Assembly: GCA_963813335.1 (NCBI GenBank)
Contig: CAWEYL010000001.1
Coordinates: 192,001-256,000, forward strand
DNA from: an uncultured Chloroflexia bacterium
GTDB lineage: Bacteria > Chloroflexota > Limnocylindria > Limnocylindrales > CSP1-4
Direction: 5' to 3'
DNA length: 64,000 bases
The translations under genes and the position numbers were made by a program. The notes beneath the pieces are model-generated. The model made no database searches. It was not told where the DNA came from and saw nothing but the letters and a program-made list of their open reading frames with translations. Positions 28,852-38,918 of the stretch are shown here, in pieces (the stretch's first letter is position 1; each line of letters starts with the position of its first letter).

Positions 28852-30117
28852 ATGACGACCGAGCACGTCGCGACCGCGATCAACCCCTGGGATGTCGCGC
28901 AGCGACAGTTCGACCTGGCCGCCGAGCGGCTGAACATGGACCCCGGCCTGCGCCGGGTCCTCCGTGAGCCACGCCGCGAGCTGACCGTCCATTTCCCCGT
29001 CCACATGGACGACGGTTCGGTCCAGGTCTTCACCGGCTACCGCGTCCAGCACAACCTCGGGCGCGGCCCCGCCAAGGGCGGCCTGCGCTACCACCAGGAC
29101 GTCGGCCTCGACGAGGTCAAGGCCCTCGCGATGTGGATGACCTGGAAGTGCGCGGTCGTCGGGATCCCGTACGGCGGCGGCAAGGGCGGCGTCATCGTCG
29201 ATCCCAAGCAGCTCAGCCAGAAGGAGCTCGAGGGGCTCACCCGCCGGTTCGCCACCGAGATCGAGGTCCTCATCGGGCCGGAGCGCGACATCCCCGCGCC
29301 GGACGTCAACACCAACGCCCAGGTCATGGCCTGGATCATGGACACCTACTCCATGCACCAGGGCTACACGGTCCCGGGCGTGGTCACCGGCAAGCCGATC
29401 AGCCTCGGCGGGTCGGAAGGCCGCCACGAGGCGACGGCGCGCGGCTGCGTCTTCACGATCATCGAGGCGGCGCACCACCTCGGCATGGACCTGAAGCGCT
29501 CGCGCGTCGCGGTCCAGGGCTTCGGCAACGCCGGCTCGATCGCGGCGCGGCTCATCCGCGAGGAGGGCGCCACGGTCGTGGCCGTGTCCGACTCGACCGG
29601 CGGCATCCACGACCCGGCCGGGCTGGACATCGCCAAGGTCATCGCCTGGAAGGGCGAGCACGGCACCGTCCAGGGCTTCCCCGGCGCGACGGACATCAGC
29701 AACAGCGACCTGCTCGAGGTCGATTGCGACATCCTCATCCCGGCGGCCCTCGAGAACCAGATCACGAGCCGGAACGCCGGCCGGATCCAGGCCCGCCTGA
29801 TCGCCGAGGCCGCCAACGGCCCGACGACGCCAGAGGCCGACGCCGAGCTCTTCCAGGCCGGCAAGTTCATGATCCCGGACATCCTCTGCAACGCCGGCGG
29901 GGTCACCGTCAGCTACTTCGAGTGGGTCCAGGACCTCAACCGCGACCACTGGAGCGAGGCGGTCGTCAACGAGAAGCTCCGCGGGATCATGACCAAGGCC
30001 TTCCACGAGACCCTGGTCATCGCCCAGCGCGAGGCCTGCGACATGCGGACGGCGGCCTACCTGCTGGCCGTCGACCGGGTCGCCGATGCGATGGAGATGC
30101 GCGGCCTCTACCCGTAA
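28852..30117 (+). CDS. gdhA: Glu/Leu/Phe/Val dehydrogenase (glutamate dehydrogenase)
   Basis: GYRVQH, GPAKGGLRY, MTWKCA, PYGGGKGG, DIPAPDV, VTGKP, QGFGNAG, EAANGP, NAGGVTVSYFEW. Confidence 0.95.
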   Translation: MTTEHVATAINPWDVAQRQFDLAAERLNMDPGLRRVLREPRRELTVHFPVHMDDGSVQVFTGYRVQHNLGRGPAKGGLRYHQDVGLDEVKALAMWMTWKCAVVGIPYGGGKGGVIVDPKQLSQKELEGLTRRFATEIEVLIGPERDIPAPDVNTNAQVMAWIMDTYSMHQGYTVPGVVTGKPISLGGSEGRHEATARGCVFTIIEAAHHLGMDLKRSRVAVQGFGNAGSIAARLIREEGATVVAVSDSTGGIHDPAGLDIAKVIAWKGEHGTVQGFPGATDISNSDLLEVDCDILIPAALENQITSRNAGRIQARLIAEAANGPTTPEADAELFQAGKFMIPDILCNAGGVTVSYFEWVQDLNRDHWSEAVVNEKLRGIMTKAFHETLVIAQREACDMRTAAYLLAVDRVADAMEMRGLYP

Positions 30118-30142
30118 ACCGGCGTCCCTGCACCGACGCCAC

Positions 30143-30175
30143 GAAGCCCCGACCGGTCCGACCGGTCGGGGCTTC
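30143..30175. terminator. Perfect 15-bp hairpin downstream of gdhA
   Basis: GAAGCCCCGACCGGT-CCG-ACCGGTCGGGGCTTC; the U-tract is weak. Confidence 0.6.
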
Positions 30176-30234
30176 CAGCTGGCCTGACCATCGGGTCCCA
30201 TGGGCGCCCCGGACCGGGTGCTAGGATTCCGGCC

Positions 30235-30840
30235 ATGCTGGACCACGAAGAGAAATTCCTGTTCAAGGAGGAGATCCTCCACCTGGCCAACGCGGTGGCG
30301 GAGCCGGGCATCCTCGACAACGTCGAGGACCTGCTGACCGATGTCATCACGAGCCCCCGCTTCGACTCCGAGGTCTTCACCCTGGAGCGCAGCCTCCAGG
30401 TGATGCTCGGGCCGCGCGCCGGGACCACGCTGGTGGGCCTGCTCACCGTCGCGCCGGAGGTCTTCGACGAGGTCGCCGAGGTGCGCATCCCCTCCGAGGT
30501 CCACGAGCGGCTGATCGCCTGGCGGGCCCGCTTCGGTCTGGCCATCGACAACGCGCTGAACTTCCTGAACAACCCCGACGGCATCCAGGGCCACAACTTC
30601 GCGACCCAGATCGCCCACGTCGAGGAGCGGCGCGTCCTGCAGGGCCGTCTGACGCTCGTCCGCTACAACAACGAGCCCCAGTTCTTCGTCGCCGACGCGA
30701 GCGTGTTCCTCGGCCTCGTCGCCGACATCATGGAGCGCCTCGGCCCGTACCTCGAGCCGGACGCCGTCGACGCCGAGACGCTGTCCCGCCTCCGCGACGC
30801 GATCGCGCAGATCGAGCGCAAGACCGCCTCGCGGCCCTGA
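30235..30840 (+). CDS. Hypothetical acidic soluble protein
   Basis: 201-aa ORF with host-like codon usage; TAGGAT 7 nt before the ATG. Confidence 0.75.
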   Translation: MLDHEEKFLFKEEILHLANAVAEPGILDNVEDLLTDVITSPRFDSEVFTLERSLQVMLGPRAGTTLVGLLTVAPEVFDEVAEVRIPSEVHERLIAWRARFGLAIDNALNFLNNPDGIQGHNFATQIAHVEERRVLQGRLTLVRYNNEPQFFVADASVFLGLVADIMERLGPYLEPDAVDAETLSRLRDAIAQIERKTASRP

Positions 30841-30852
30841 CCCGGGCGCCCG

Positions 30853-31971
30853 ATGCGCCACGTCTACCTGGCCGCCACCGGCCAGAACCGGGGCAAGACC
30901 ACGGTCAGCCTCGGGGTGCTCGACGGGTTCGGACGGCGGGGGCTTTCGACCGGGTTCATGAAGCCGGTCGGGCAACGGACCATCATCGAGGACGGCGTCC
31001 CGGCCGATGAGGACGCGATCCTGATGCGCAGCGTCTTCGACCTGGCCGAGCCGCTCGCGCAGATGAGCCCGGTCCATATCCCGCGCGGCTTCACGCAATC
31101 GTTCATCGACGGGCAGGTCGTCGAGGACCTCGGCGCGCGCATCCGGTCGGCCCATGCGGCGTTCGCGGCCGACCGCGACATCCTGCTGATCGAAGGGACC
31201 GGGCACGCCGGCGTCGGCGCGGTCATCGACCTCTCCAACGCCACGGTCGCCGCCATGCTCGGCGTCCCCGCCGTCATCGTGTCGGAGGGCGGGGTCGGCC
31301 GGCCGATCGACGAGATCGTGCTCAACGCCGCGCTCTTCGAGCGCCACGGCGTGCATGTCGCGGGCGCGATCGTCAACAAGGTCGATCTCGATGCCAAGCC
31401 CGGCCTCGCCCGGACGCTGGAGCGCGGCCTCGCCCGCCACGGCGTGCCGCTCCTCGGCGTCCTGCCGTACCGCCCGATCCTGTCGAACCCGACGCTGGCG
31501 ATGGTCCTCGAGGGCGTCCATGGCGAGACGCTCCACCCCGGTCCGGACCTGGACCTGGTCATCGGCGGCGTCGCCATCGGCGCGATGGAGCCCGAGCACA
31601 TGCTCGAGCGGATCGGGCCGCGCAGCCTGGTCATCGTGCCGGGCGATCGCGAGGACGTGATCGGGGCGATCGTCGACGCGCGACTGGCCGGGGACGCGAA
31701 CGGCGGACGTGGCACCCCGGGCGGGGCGGCCGGGCTCGTGCTCTCCGGCGGCTACCGGCCGAGCGACCGGGTGATCGACTCCATCCGGCGGGCCGACCTG
31801 TTCGCCACGCTCGTCCCGGAGGACACCTACGCGGTCGCCTCCGAGGTCCATGACCTCCTCGTCAAGACCCATCCGGCCGATGTCGGGAAGATCGAGGAGA
31901 TCAAGGCCCTCGTCTGGGAGTACCTGTTCATCGACCGGATCCTGGGCGCGGCCACGGAGGCGACCGTCTAG
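30853..31971 (+). CDS. Stand-alone BioD-like (AAA_26) + DRTGG domain protein (phosphotransacetylase N-terminal-like)
   Basis: GQNRGKTT, FMKPVG, LIEGTG, IVNKV, IGAM, IVPGDREDV, LSGG; no Pta catalytic domain. Confidence 0.8.
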   Translation: MRHVYLAATGQNRGKTTVSLGVLDGFGRRGLSTGFMKPVGQRTIIEDGVPADEDAILMRSVFDLAEPLAQMSPVHIPRGFTQSFIDGQVVEDLGARIRSAHAAFAADRDILLIEGTGHAGVGAVIDLSNATVAAMLGVPAVIVSEGGVGRPIDEIVLNAALFERHGVHVAGAIVNKVDLDAKPGLARTLERGLARHGVPLLGVLPYRPILSNPTLAMVLEGVHGETLHPGPDLDLVIGGVAIGAMEPEHMLERIGPRSLVIVPGDREDVIGAIVDARLAGDANGGRGTPGGAAGLVLSGGYRPSDRVIDSIRRADLFATLVPEDTYAVASEVHDLLVKTHPADVGKIEEIKALVWEYLFIDRILGAATEATV

Positions 31972-32073
31972 GCTGGGTCCGGCTCGAACGCCGGACGAAC
32001 CATCCGGCGTCGGAGCAGGTCGATCACGCCGCTCGGACGTCCGTTGGTTCGAGGCCGGGCCCGATCCACGGCG

Positions 32074-32796
32074 CTAGGCCACTTCCTTCGTCGGATGGCC
32101 ACCCACCTGATCCAGGGCCGAAGGCCCGCGCCCCGGCGGCGGAGGAGCCGCGCGGCGGCGAGCAGCCCCACGACCGCCAGGATCACCACGGCGCTGGCGG
32201 CCAGCCATCCCGGTTCGATGCCGGACGACGTGGTCACGGGCGCCGGTGCGGCCACCGGCGTCGTCACCGGCGGTGCTGCGGTCGCCGCGGGAGCCGGAGC
32301 TGCCGCCGTCGGGGCCGCGACCGCGCCGACGACCTTCGCGGCCGCCGGGTCCGAGGACGGTGGTCATCACCGGCCCGACCAGCAGCAGCATGATGTCGTC
32401 GCGGACGCAGGCGCTGCCGGCCGTGCACATCTCGCCGACCAGGCCGATCTGGACGCCGTCGATGCCGCTTGCGGGCACCACGACCTCGGCGGCGTAATGG
32501 CCCGAGCCGCTCGGCTTCTCGAATCCACGTGCCTCGGTCGCCTTGCCGGCGCCGGCGGGCAGGAGCCGGATGAAGACCGGCGAGCCCATGATCGGGTCGC
32601 GGCGGACCGGGGAAGGCATGAACGCATCCCATTCGACGAGGAGCGTGCTGCCCGGGGTGGCGTCGCGCGGGATCGTCGTCGTGAGCTGCGCCTGGACGCC
32701 TTCCTTGGCGGCGACCGGCGCCGCCGCGACCAGCAGCGCGGCGCCGACGACGAGGATCGTCCAGAGCGGGGCAAGGGCACGAGTGCGGGTGGACAT
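32074..32796 (-). CDS. Secreted/membrane-anchored hypothetical protein (frameshift near 32345; 3' end uncertain)
   Basis: Signal peptide ending ...AAAPVAA/KEG. After the frameshift: an Ala/Pro-rich linker and a C-terminal TM helix followed by RRR. Confidence 0.6.
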   Translation of the reverse strand: MSTRTRALAPLWTILVVGAALLVAAAPVAAKEGVQAQLTTTIPRDATPGSTLLVEWDAFMPSPVRRDPIMGSPVFIRLLPAGAGKATEARGFEKPSGSGHYAAEVVVPASGIDGVQIGLVGEMCTAGSACVRDDIMLLLVGPVMTTVLGPGGREGRRRGRGPDGGSSGSRGDRSTAGDDAGGRTGARDHVVRHRTGMAGRQRRGDPGGRGAARRRAAPPPPGRGPSALDQVGGHPTKEVA

Positions 32797-32889
32797 CGGT
32801 CGGACCTCGGCTAGGGCGGTGGCTGTCGATCCCCATACACCGCCGGCGCGCGTCCGGTTCCCGGGTCGTTGCGGTCGGTGGCCGCCGCC

Positions 32890-33726
32890 TCAGCCCAGCG
32901 GCTCGTTGTCGATCAGGCGCGTCGAGCCGAAACGGACCGCCAGCGATGCCAGGGCCGGCCCGCCGACCGTTGCCAGCTCGGCCAGCGTGGCGGCGTCGGC
33001 GACCGAGACGTACTCGACCGCGGCGAGGGGCTCGGCGTCGAGCTCGCGGCGCATCGCGGCCCGCAAGGCGTCGCCCGATCGCTCGCCGGCCGCCCAGGCG
33101 TCGTGGGCGGCGCTGAGCGCCCGATACAGCACCGCTGCGGCGGTCCGCTGCGCCGGGTCGAGATGGACGTTCCGCGACGAGAGGGCCAGGCCGTCCGGCT
33201 CGCGGACCGTCGGGCAGGCGATCACGTCGGTCCGGCTGGCGAGGTCGAGGGCCATCCGGCGGATGACCATGACCTGCTGCGCGTCCTTCTGGCCGAAATA
33301 GGCGTGCTCCGCGCCGACGACCCCGAACAGGATCGCCACGACCGTGGCGACGCCGTCGAAATGGCCCGGCCTGGCGGCGCCTTCGAGCGGAACAGCCAGC
33401 GCCCCCACGCGGACGGTCGTGTCGAACCCCGGGACGAAGACCTCCTCGACGGGTGGCGCCCAGACGATGTCGACCCCCTCCGCCTCGCAGATGGCCACGT
33501 CGCGCGCCTCGTCACGCGGGTAGCGCTCGAAGTCCGACGCGACGTTGAACTGACGGGGGTTGACGAAGATGGTCACGACGGTCGTCGCGTCCGCGGCCCG
33601 TGCCCGCCGCATGAGGGCGCGGTGGCCGTCATGGAGCCAGCCCATGGTCGGGACGAGGCCGATCGGGCGGCCCGCGCCGGCCAGCGCGTCGCGGAGCTCT
33701 GCGCGTGTGCGCAGGACGACGGTCAC
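32890..33726 (-). CDS. panC: Pantoate--beta-alanine ligase
   Basis: VPTMGWLHDGH, IFVNPRQF, RPGHFDGV, FGQKDAQQ, REPDGLALSSRN, RLIDN. Confidence 0.95.
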   Translation of the reverse strand: MTVVLRTRAELRDALAGAGRPIGLVPTMGWLHDGHRALMRRARAADATTVVTIFVNPRQFNVASDFERYPRDEARDVAICEAEGVDIVWAPPVEEVFVPGFDTTVRVGALAVPLEGAARPGHFDGVATVVAILFGVVGAEHAYFGQKDAQQVMVIRRMALDLASRTDVIACPTVREPDGLALSSRNVHLDPAQRTAAAVLYRALSAAHDAWAAGERSGDALRAAMRRELDAEPLAAVEYVSVADAATLAELATVGGPALASLAVRFGSTRLIDNEPLG

Positions 33727-33757
33727 GCGGGCACCCGGGTGCGGCGGACCGAGCGGA

Positions 33758-34672
33758 TCAGAGGTCGCGGTCGAGCGGGATGCCGCCCACCGGGATCGAC
33801 GCGGCGGGGCGATCCGGGGCGCCACGGCCCAGGACGTCGTCGAGGACGGCGTCGTCCATGCGGACTGTCTCCGCCGGGCCGGGGAATGTTCCGCCGGCAA
33901 CTTCGGCGGCATACGAGCGTGCCGCCTCGAGGATCTCGCCGCGGATGTGCGCGTACGGCCGGGCGTGCTTGGGGACGAAGTCGCCGAGGCCGATCAGGTC
34001 GGTGATGACCTGGACCTGGCCGCTCGTCCCCGCCCCGGCCCCGATCCCGATCGTCGGGATGCGCAGCCGCTCCGTGATGGCCGCCGCGAGCTGCTCCGGG
34101 ACGAGCTCGATGACCACGGCGAACGCGCCGGCCTCCTGGACGGCCTGGGCGTCGCTCAGGAGGGCCCTGGCCTGGTCGCGGTCCTTGCCCTGGACGCGGA
34201 CCTTCCCGATCGCGTTGATGGCCTGCGGGGTCAGGCCGATGTGGCCCATCACCGGGATCCCCGCCCGCACCAGCGTCTCGATGATCCGTGCCGTCCGGAC
34301 GCCGCCCTCGACCTTGACCGCCTGGGCGCCCGCTTCGCGCAGGAAGACCCCGGCGTTCTCGAGGGCCTCGTCGGGGGTCGAATACGAGAGGAACGGCATG
34401 TCCGCGATGACCATCGCCCGCGCCGAGCCGCGGACCACCGCCTTGGTGTGGTGGACCATCTCGGCCATCGTCACGCGGACCGTGGTCTCGTAGCCGAGCA
34501 GCACCTGGCCGAGCGAATCGCCCACGAGCAGCAGCGGGATCCCGGCCTGGTCGAGGAGCTGCGCGGTCGGGAAGTCGTACGCGGTGAGCATCGGCAGCCG
34601 CACGCCGTCGGCGTACTGGCGGGCGATGTCGACGACGGTCAGGCGGCGGGGGGTGTCGGTCGTGAGGCTCAT
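33758..34672 (-). CDS. panB: 3-methyl-2-oxobutanoate hydroxymethyltransferase
   Basis: MLTAYD, LLVGDSLG, DMPFLSY, VKVEGG, GHIGLTPQ, IGIGAG, GQVQV. Confidence 0.95.
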   Translation of the reverse strand: MSLTTDTPRRLTVVDIARQYADGVRLPMLTAYDFPTAQLLDQAGIPLLLVGDSLGQVLLGYETTVRVTMAEMVHHTKAVVRGSARAMVIADMPFLSYSTPDEALENAGVFLREAGAQAVKVEGGVRTARIIETLVRAGIPVMGHIGLTPQAINAIGKVRVQGKDRDQARALLSDAQAVQEAGAFAVVIELVPEQLAAAITERLRIPTIGIGAGAGTSGQVQVITDLIGLGDFVPKHARPYAHIRGEILEAARSYAAEVAGGTFPGPAETVRMDDAVLDDVLGRGAPDRPAASIPVGGIPLDRDL

Positions 34673-36022
34673 GCTGGCTCCGAAGCGGGTTCCGGGGTGC
34701 TCGCAGTCTGCGCGGCGGCGTCGCGCTCGTCCAGCGCGGCGGCCACGAGATCCAGGATCCGGTCCGCGACCTCGCGCTTGGTCAGCTGCGGCAGGTCCGT
34801 CCGGCCGCCGTCGGCTGCGAGGATCGTCACCCGGTTCGTGTCCGTCCCGAAGCCGGAGCCGGGCTCGGCGACATCGTTGGCCACCAGCAGGTCGACGCCC
34901 TTGCGCCGGAGCTTGTCCGGGGCGCGCTCAAGCGAGCCGGTCTCGGCGGCGAAGCCGACGAGCACAGGACGGGGCCGCAGGTCGCGGGCCGTCGCGGCCA
35001 CGGCGGCGAGCAGGTCCGGCGTCGATTCGAGCCGGAGCGTCAGGCCGTCGCCGCGCGGCAGCTTGCCCTCGGCGGCCTCGACGGGCCGGAAGTCCGCGAC
35101 CGCGGCCGCCATGACCAGGGCATCAAAGCCGGCCGTGGTCCCGTCGTCGGTGGTGACGCGCCGCAGCGCGGCCTCGAGCTCGGCCGTTGACACGGCCCGG
35201 ACCACGGTCAGCTGGGGGTCGTCGGGGAGGGCCACCTCGATGCTGGCGGCCAGCAGCGTCACCCGCGCGCCCCGGTCGAGGGCTGCGCGCACGATCGCGA
35301 GCCCCATCCTCCCCGTCGAGCGGTTGCCGATGAAGCGGACCGGATCGATCGGCTCGCGGGTCCCGCCGGCAGTGACGACCAGGTGCCGGCCGTCGAGGTC
35401 GGCCTCGTGGCCGGCTGCCGTCAGCGGCGGGCGGGCAGCCGGGTCGGGGGCACGGACCGCCCGGTCGCCGACCGCGGCGACCACCGCGGCCACGAGGTCG
35501 GCGGTCTCGGCCAGGCGTCCCACGCCGGCCTGTCCGGAGGCCAGCGGCCCGCTGGCCGGCTCGACGATCCGGTAGCCGAAGTCGTCGCGCAGCCGGGCGA
35601 CGTTGCGGACGGTCGCCGGATGGGTCCACATGTCGCCGTCCATCGCCGGCCCGACCACGATCGGCGCCGACGTCGCCAGGCACGTGGCGGTCACCACGTC
35701 GGCGGCGAGCCCGTTGGCCATCGCGCCCAGCCAGTGCGCGGTCGCCGGCGCCACGATGATCGCGTCGGCCGTGTCCGCGACCACGATGTGGCCGATCCGG
35801 CCGTCCGGCAGCAGGTCCATGAGCTCGGTCTCGACCGGGTGGCGGGAGAGCGCCGCGAACGTGAGCGGCCCGACGAACCGGGTCGCGGCCGGGGAGAGCA
35901 TCACGACGACGTCGGCGCCCTCGGCGCGCAGCGCGCCGGAGCAGCTCGACGGCCTTGTAGGCCGCGATCGACCCCGTGACGCCGAGGCCGACCAGGCGAC
36001 CTTCGAGCCGGCCACCGCTCAT
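34669..36022 (-). CDS. coaBC: Bifunctional PPC decarboxylase/PPC synthetase (+1 frameshift near 35938)
   Basis: GVTGSIAAYKA, APATA, PAM, TAGGTREPIDPVRFIGNRSTGRMG, AAAVADF, VGFAAET, VANDV. Confidence 0.93.
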
Positions 36023-36832
36023 GACAGCCCGAGTTCCAGCCGCTCCCCGCCGACGACCTCTGCGTGCAGGATCGCGAGGCCCTTCAGGGTGAGCGCCGGG
36101 TCGATCGCGTCGATCCCCTCGAGCGCCTCGGCCCATGGCGCCGCGGACAGGCCGCCGGTCAGGATCGCCTTGACGTCGGCCGGCGCGACGTCGTTGGCCT
36201 CGGCCAGCTCGACGCGGATCCGCGCCAGCAGGCCGGTCGTGAGCGCCTGGTAGCCGAAGACCGTGCCCGCCTGCATGGCCGAGACGGTGTCGCGGCCGAT
36301 GGCGTGCGACGGCGCCCGCAGCTCGATCCGCGGCAGCTTGGCGGTCCGCGTCGCGAGCGCCTCGAGGCCGAGCTCGAGGCCGGGCGCGATCGCGCCGCCG
36401 ACGTAGGCGCCGTCGGCGGCGATGCAGTCGAAGGTGGTCGCGGTCCCGAAGTCGACCACCACGGCCGGCGTCCCGTAGAGGCGCTGCGCGGCCAGGGCGT
36501 TGACCAGCCGGTCGGCGCCCACCTCGTTCGGACGGTCGACCCGGACCGCCATCGGCATCGTGCCCGGGCGACGCGAGCAGCAGCGGCCGCTCGCGCCGGG
36601 CGGCGACCGCGATCGCGGCGGCGGTCAGGGCCGGCACGACGGATGCGGCCGCGATCGCCGAGACGTCGGCGAGCGAGGCGTCGTCGAGTCGCAGGAGGGC
36701 GTCGAGGGTCGCCTCGAACTCGTCGGCGGTCGCGTCGGGATGGGTCGCCGCGCGGCGCGTCGACACGAGGGCCCCGGCCCGGAACAGGCCGAGGGTGACG
36801 TTCGTGTTGCCGATGTCGAGGGCGAGCAGCAT
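36019..36832 (-). CDS. coaX: Type III pantothenate kinase (+1 frameshift near 36570)
   Basis: LLALDIGNTN, SVVP, EVGADR, VVDFGTATTFD, GGAIAPG, TGG. Confidence 0.93.
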
Positions 36833-36919
36833 GAGCGCGATGATACCCGTCGCCACGGCTCCGGCCGTGCGGTACCATCGACGCCACCTCGTCCAGTCCT
36901 TGTGCCCGGGAGACGACTC

Positions 36920-37363
36920 GTGACGACTCCGCCGGCCGCCAAGTTCTTCGTGAACCATGGCCTCGTGTCGAGCCGGACGGACATGCTCAACCTCCTGCGG
37001 CCGCTGCTCAAGCAGACCGTGACCTATCGCTACCTGCGCGGCCGCGAGGTCGTCGCCCACGGCACGGGCTGGGTCGAGCGGATCGTCACCGATGCCGACG
37101 ATGTCTCCACCTACTTCACGCCGCTGGCGATCACGCTGAACATCGATTCCTTCGAGCATCTCGAGTTCGAGACCCGGCCCGACCAGCTCCTCGTCTACAC
37201 CCTCGTCCAGGGCGACGAGCGGGTGGTCGTCGAGTTCGCGCCGGTCGGCCCGGGCACGGACGGGGACCCCTTGTCGCCGTTCGCCCCGACCCAGCTCGAG
37301 TTCGAGATGCGGGAGTACGTCCAGATGGAGCTGCTCGGCCTCGACGCCCACGAGGACGAGTAG
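36920..37363 (+). CDS. Hypothetical protein
   Basis: About 147-aa ORF with host-like codon usage and a GGGAG RBS. Confidence 0.7.
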   Translation: MTTPPAAKFFVNHGLVSSRTDMLNLLRPLLKQTVTYRYLRGREVVAHGTGWVERIVTDADDVSTYFTPLAITLNIDSFEHLEFETRPDQLLVYTLVQGDERVVVEFAPVGPGTDGDPLSPFAPTQLEFEMREYVQMELLGLDAHEDE

Positions 37364-37386
37364 CCGATCCGGGGGCCGGCACCGAG

Positions 37387-37441
37387 GCCGGCCGGGGGGA
37401 GGCACCGCGACCGACGGAGGGTCGGCCGCGCGACGGGCGGT
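37387..37441 (+). promoter_or_regulatory. Candidate purine-sensing riboswitch (xanthine/NMT1-like architecture)
   Basis: P1 GCCGGCCG/CGGGCGGT and P2 GCGACCGAC/GTCGGCCGC flank an asymmetric internal loop GGGGGAGGCACC/GCGA; lies upstream of an NCS2 permease. Confidence 0.4.
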
Positions 37442-37502
37442 GGTGGCGCGGCCCGAGCCCGCGTTGGGTCTCGGCGCGTCCCGTGGAGAGGGAGTCGAGC
37501 GC

Positions 37503-38843
37503 GTGGACGCGATCGCGTCGTTTTTCAAGCTCAGTGACCGCGGCACCAACCTGGGCACGGAAGCCAAGGCCGGCCTGACCACCTTCATGGTCATGGCCTA
37601 CATCATCTTCGTGAACCCGGCGATCCTGACCGGCGGGTTCAAGGATGCGGACCCGGCCTTCACCTTCCCGGCCATCGCCGCTGCGACCGCGCTGGTCGCC
37701 GGGCTCGTGACCATCGCCATGGGCGTCTTCGCGAACTACCCGTTCGCGCTGGCCGCCGGCCTCGGCATCAACGGCATCGTGGCCTTCACGCTGACGGCCA
37801 AGGGGCTCTCCCCGGCGGGGGCGATGGGCGTGATCGTCATCGAGGGCGTCCTCGTCACCATCCTCGTCCTGGCCGGCCTCCGCGAGGCGATCATGAACGC
37901 GGTCCCGCTCGCGCTCAAGCGGGCGATCGGCGTCGGCATCGGCCTCTTCATCCTGTTCATCGGCTTCGCCAACGGCGGGTTCATCAAGGCCGGCAGCGGC
38001 ACGCTGGTCACGATCCAGTTCCCGACGACGACCGACCAGTTCGTGTTCATCGCGGGCCTGGCCATCACGATCGTGCTCTACGCGCGGAAGGTGCCCGCCG
38101 CGCTGCTCGTGAGCATCCTGCTGACGACGCTCCTCGCCCTGCTCGTCGGCTCGGCCAAGCTGCCCGAGACGTTCACCGCGACCCCGGACTTCTCGACCCT
38201 CGGGAGGTTCGACCTCGGGCAGGTGTGGACCCTCGGGCCGTTGATCGCGATCCTGACCATCTTCGCGATCATGCTCACCGACTTCTTCGACACCATGGGC
38301 ACGGTGACCGGTGTCGCCGCCGAAGCCGGCCTGGCCAACGAGGACGGCTCGGTCCCGGGCGTCAACAGGATCCTGCTGGTCGACTCGGTGGCCGCGGCGG
38401 CCGGCGGACTGGCCGGGACCTCGTCCAACACCACCTACATCGAGAGCGCGGCCGGCGTCGCCGAGGGTGGCCGGACCGGGCTGACCGCGGTCGTGACCGG
38501 CGTCCTGTTCCTCCTCGCGGTCTTCCTGACACCGATCGCCGGCATCGTGCCGGGTGTCGCCACGGCCCCGGTCCTGGTGCTCGTCGGCTACCTCATGTTC
38601 ACGCTGGTCAAGGACATCCCGGTGGGGGATTTCGAGGAGGGCCTGCCGGCCCTGCTCACGATGATCCTGATGCCGCTGACCTACGACATCACCGTGGGCA
38701 TCGGCGCCGGCTTCATCTCGTGGGTGCTGATCAAGGTCGTCAAGGGCAAGGTCTCCGAGGTCCATCCGCTGATGTGGCTGGTCTCGCTGTCCTTCGTGAT
38801 CTTCTTCCTCCAGGAGTGGCTCCCGACGGTCCTGCCCAAGTAG
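37503..38843 (+). CDS. NCS2 family (AzgA/PbuG-like) purine permease
   Basis: AGLTTFMVMAYIIFVNPAIL, GIGLF, DFFDTMGT, TTYIESAAGVAEGGRTGLT, MPLTY. Confidence 0.92.
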   Translation: MDAIASFFKLSDRGTNLGTEAKAGLTTFMVMAYIIFVNPAILTGGFKDADPAFTFPAIAAATALVAGLVTIAMGVFANYPFALAAGLGINGIVAFTLTAKGLSPAGAMGVIVIEGVLVTILVLAGLREAIMNAVPLALKRAIGVGIGLFILFIGFANGGFIKAGSGTLVTIQFPTTTDQFVFIAGLAITIVLYARKVPAALLVSILLTTLLALLVGSAKLPETFTATPDFSTLGRFDLGQVWTLGPLIAILTIFAIMLTDFFDTMGTVTGVAAEAGLANEDGSVPGVNRILLVDSVAAAAGGLAGTSSNTTYIESAAGVAEGGRTGLTAVVTGVLFLLAVFLTPIAGIVPGVATAPVLVLVGYLMFTLVKDIPVGDFEEGLPALLTMILMPLTYDITVGIGAGFISWVLIKVVKGKVSEVHPLMWLVSLSFVIFFLQEWLPTVLPK

Positions 38844-38918
38844 CGCCCTCACCCGGCGATCGAGCGGCGCCCCGGCCAGCGGCCGGGGCGCCGCACTCGT
38901 TCCTGTACCATCGAGCCG

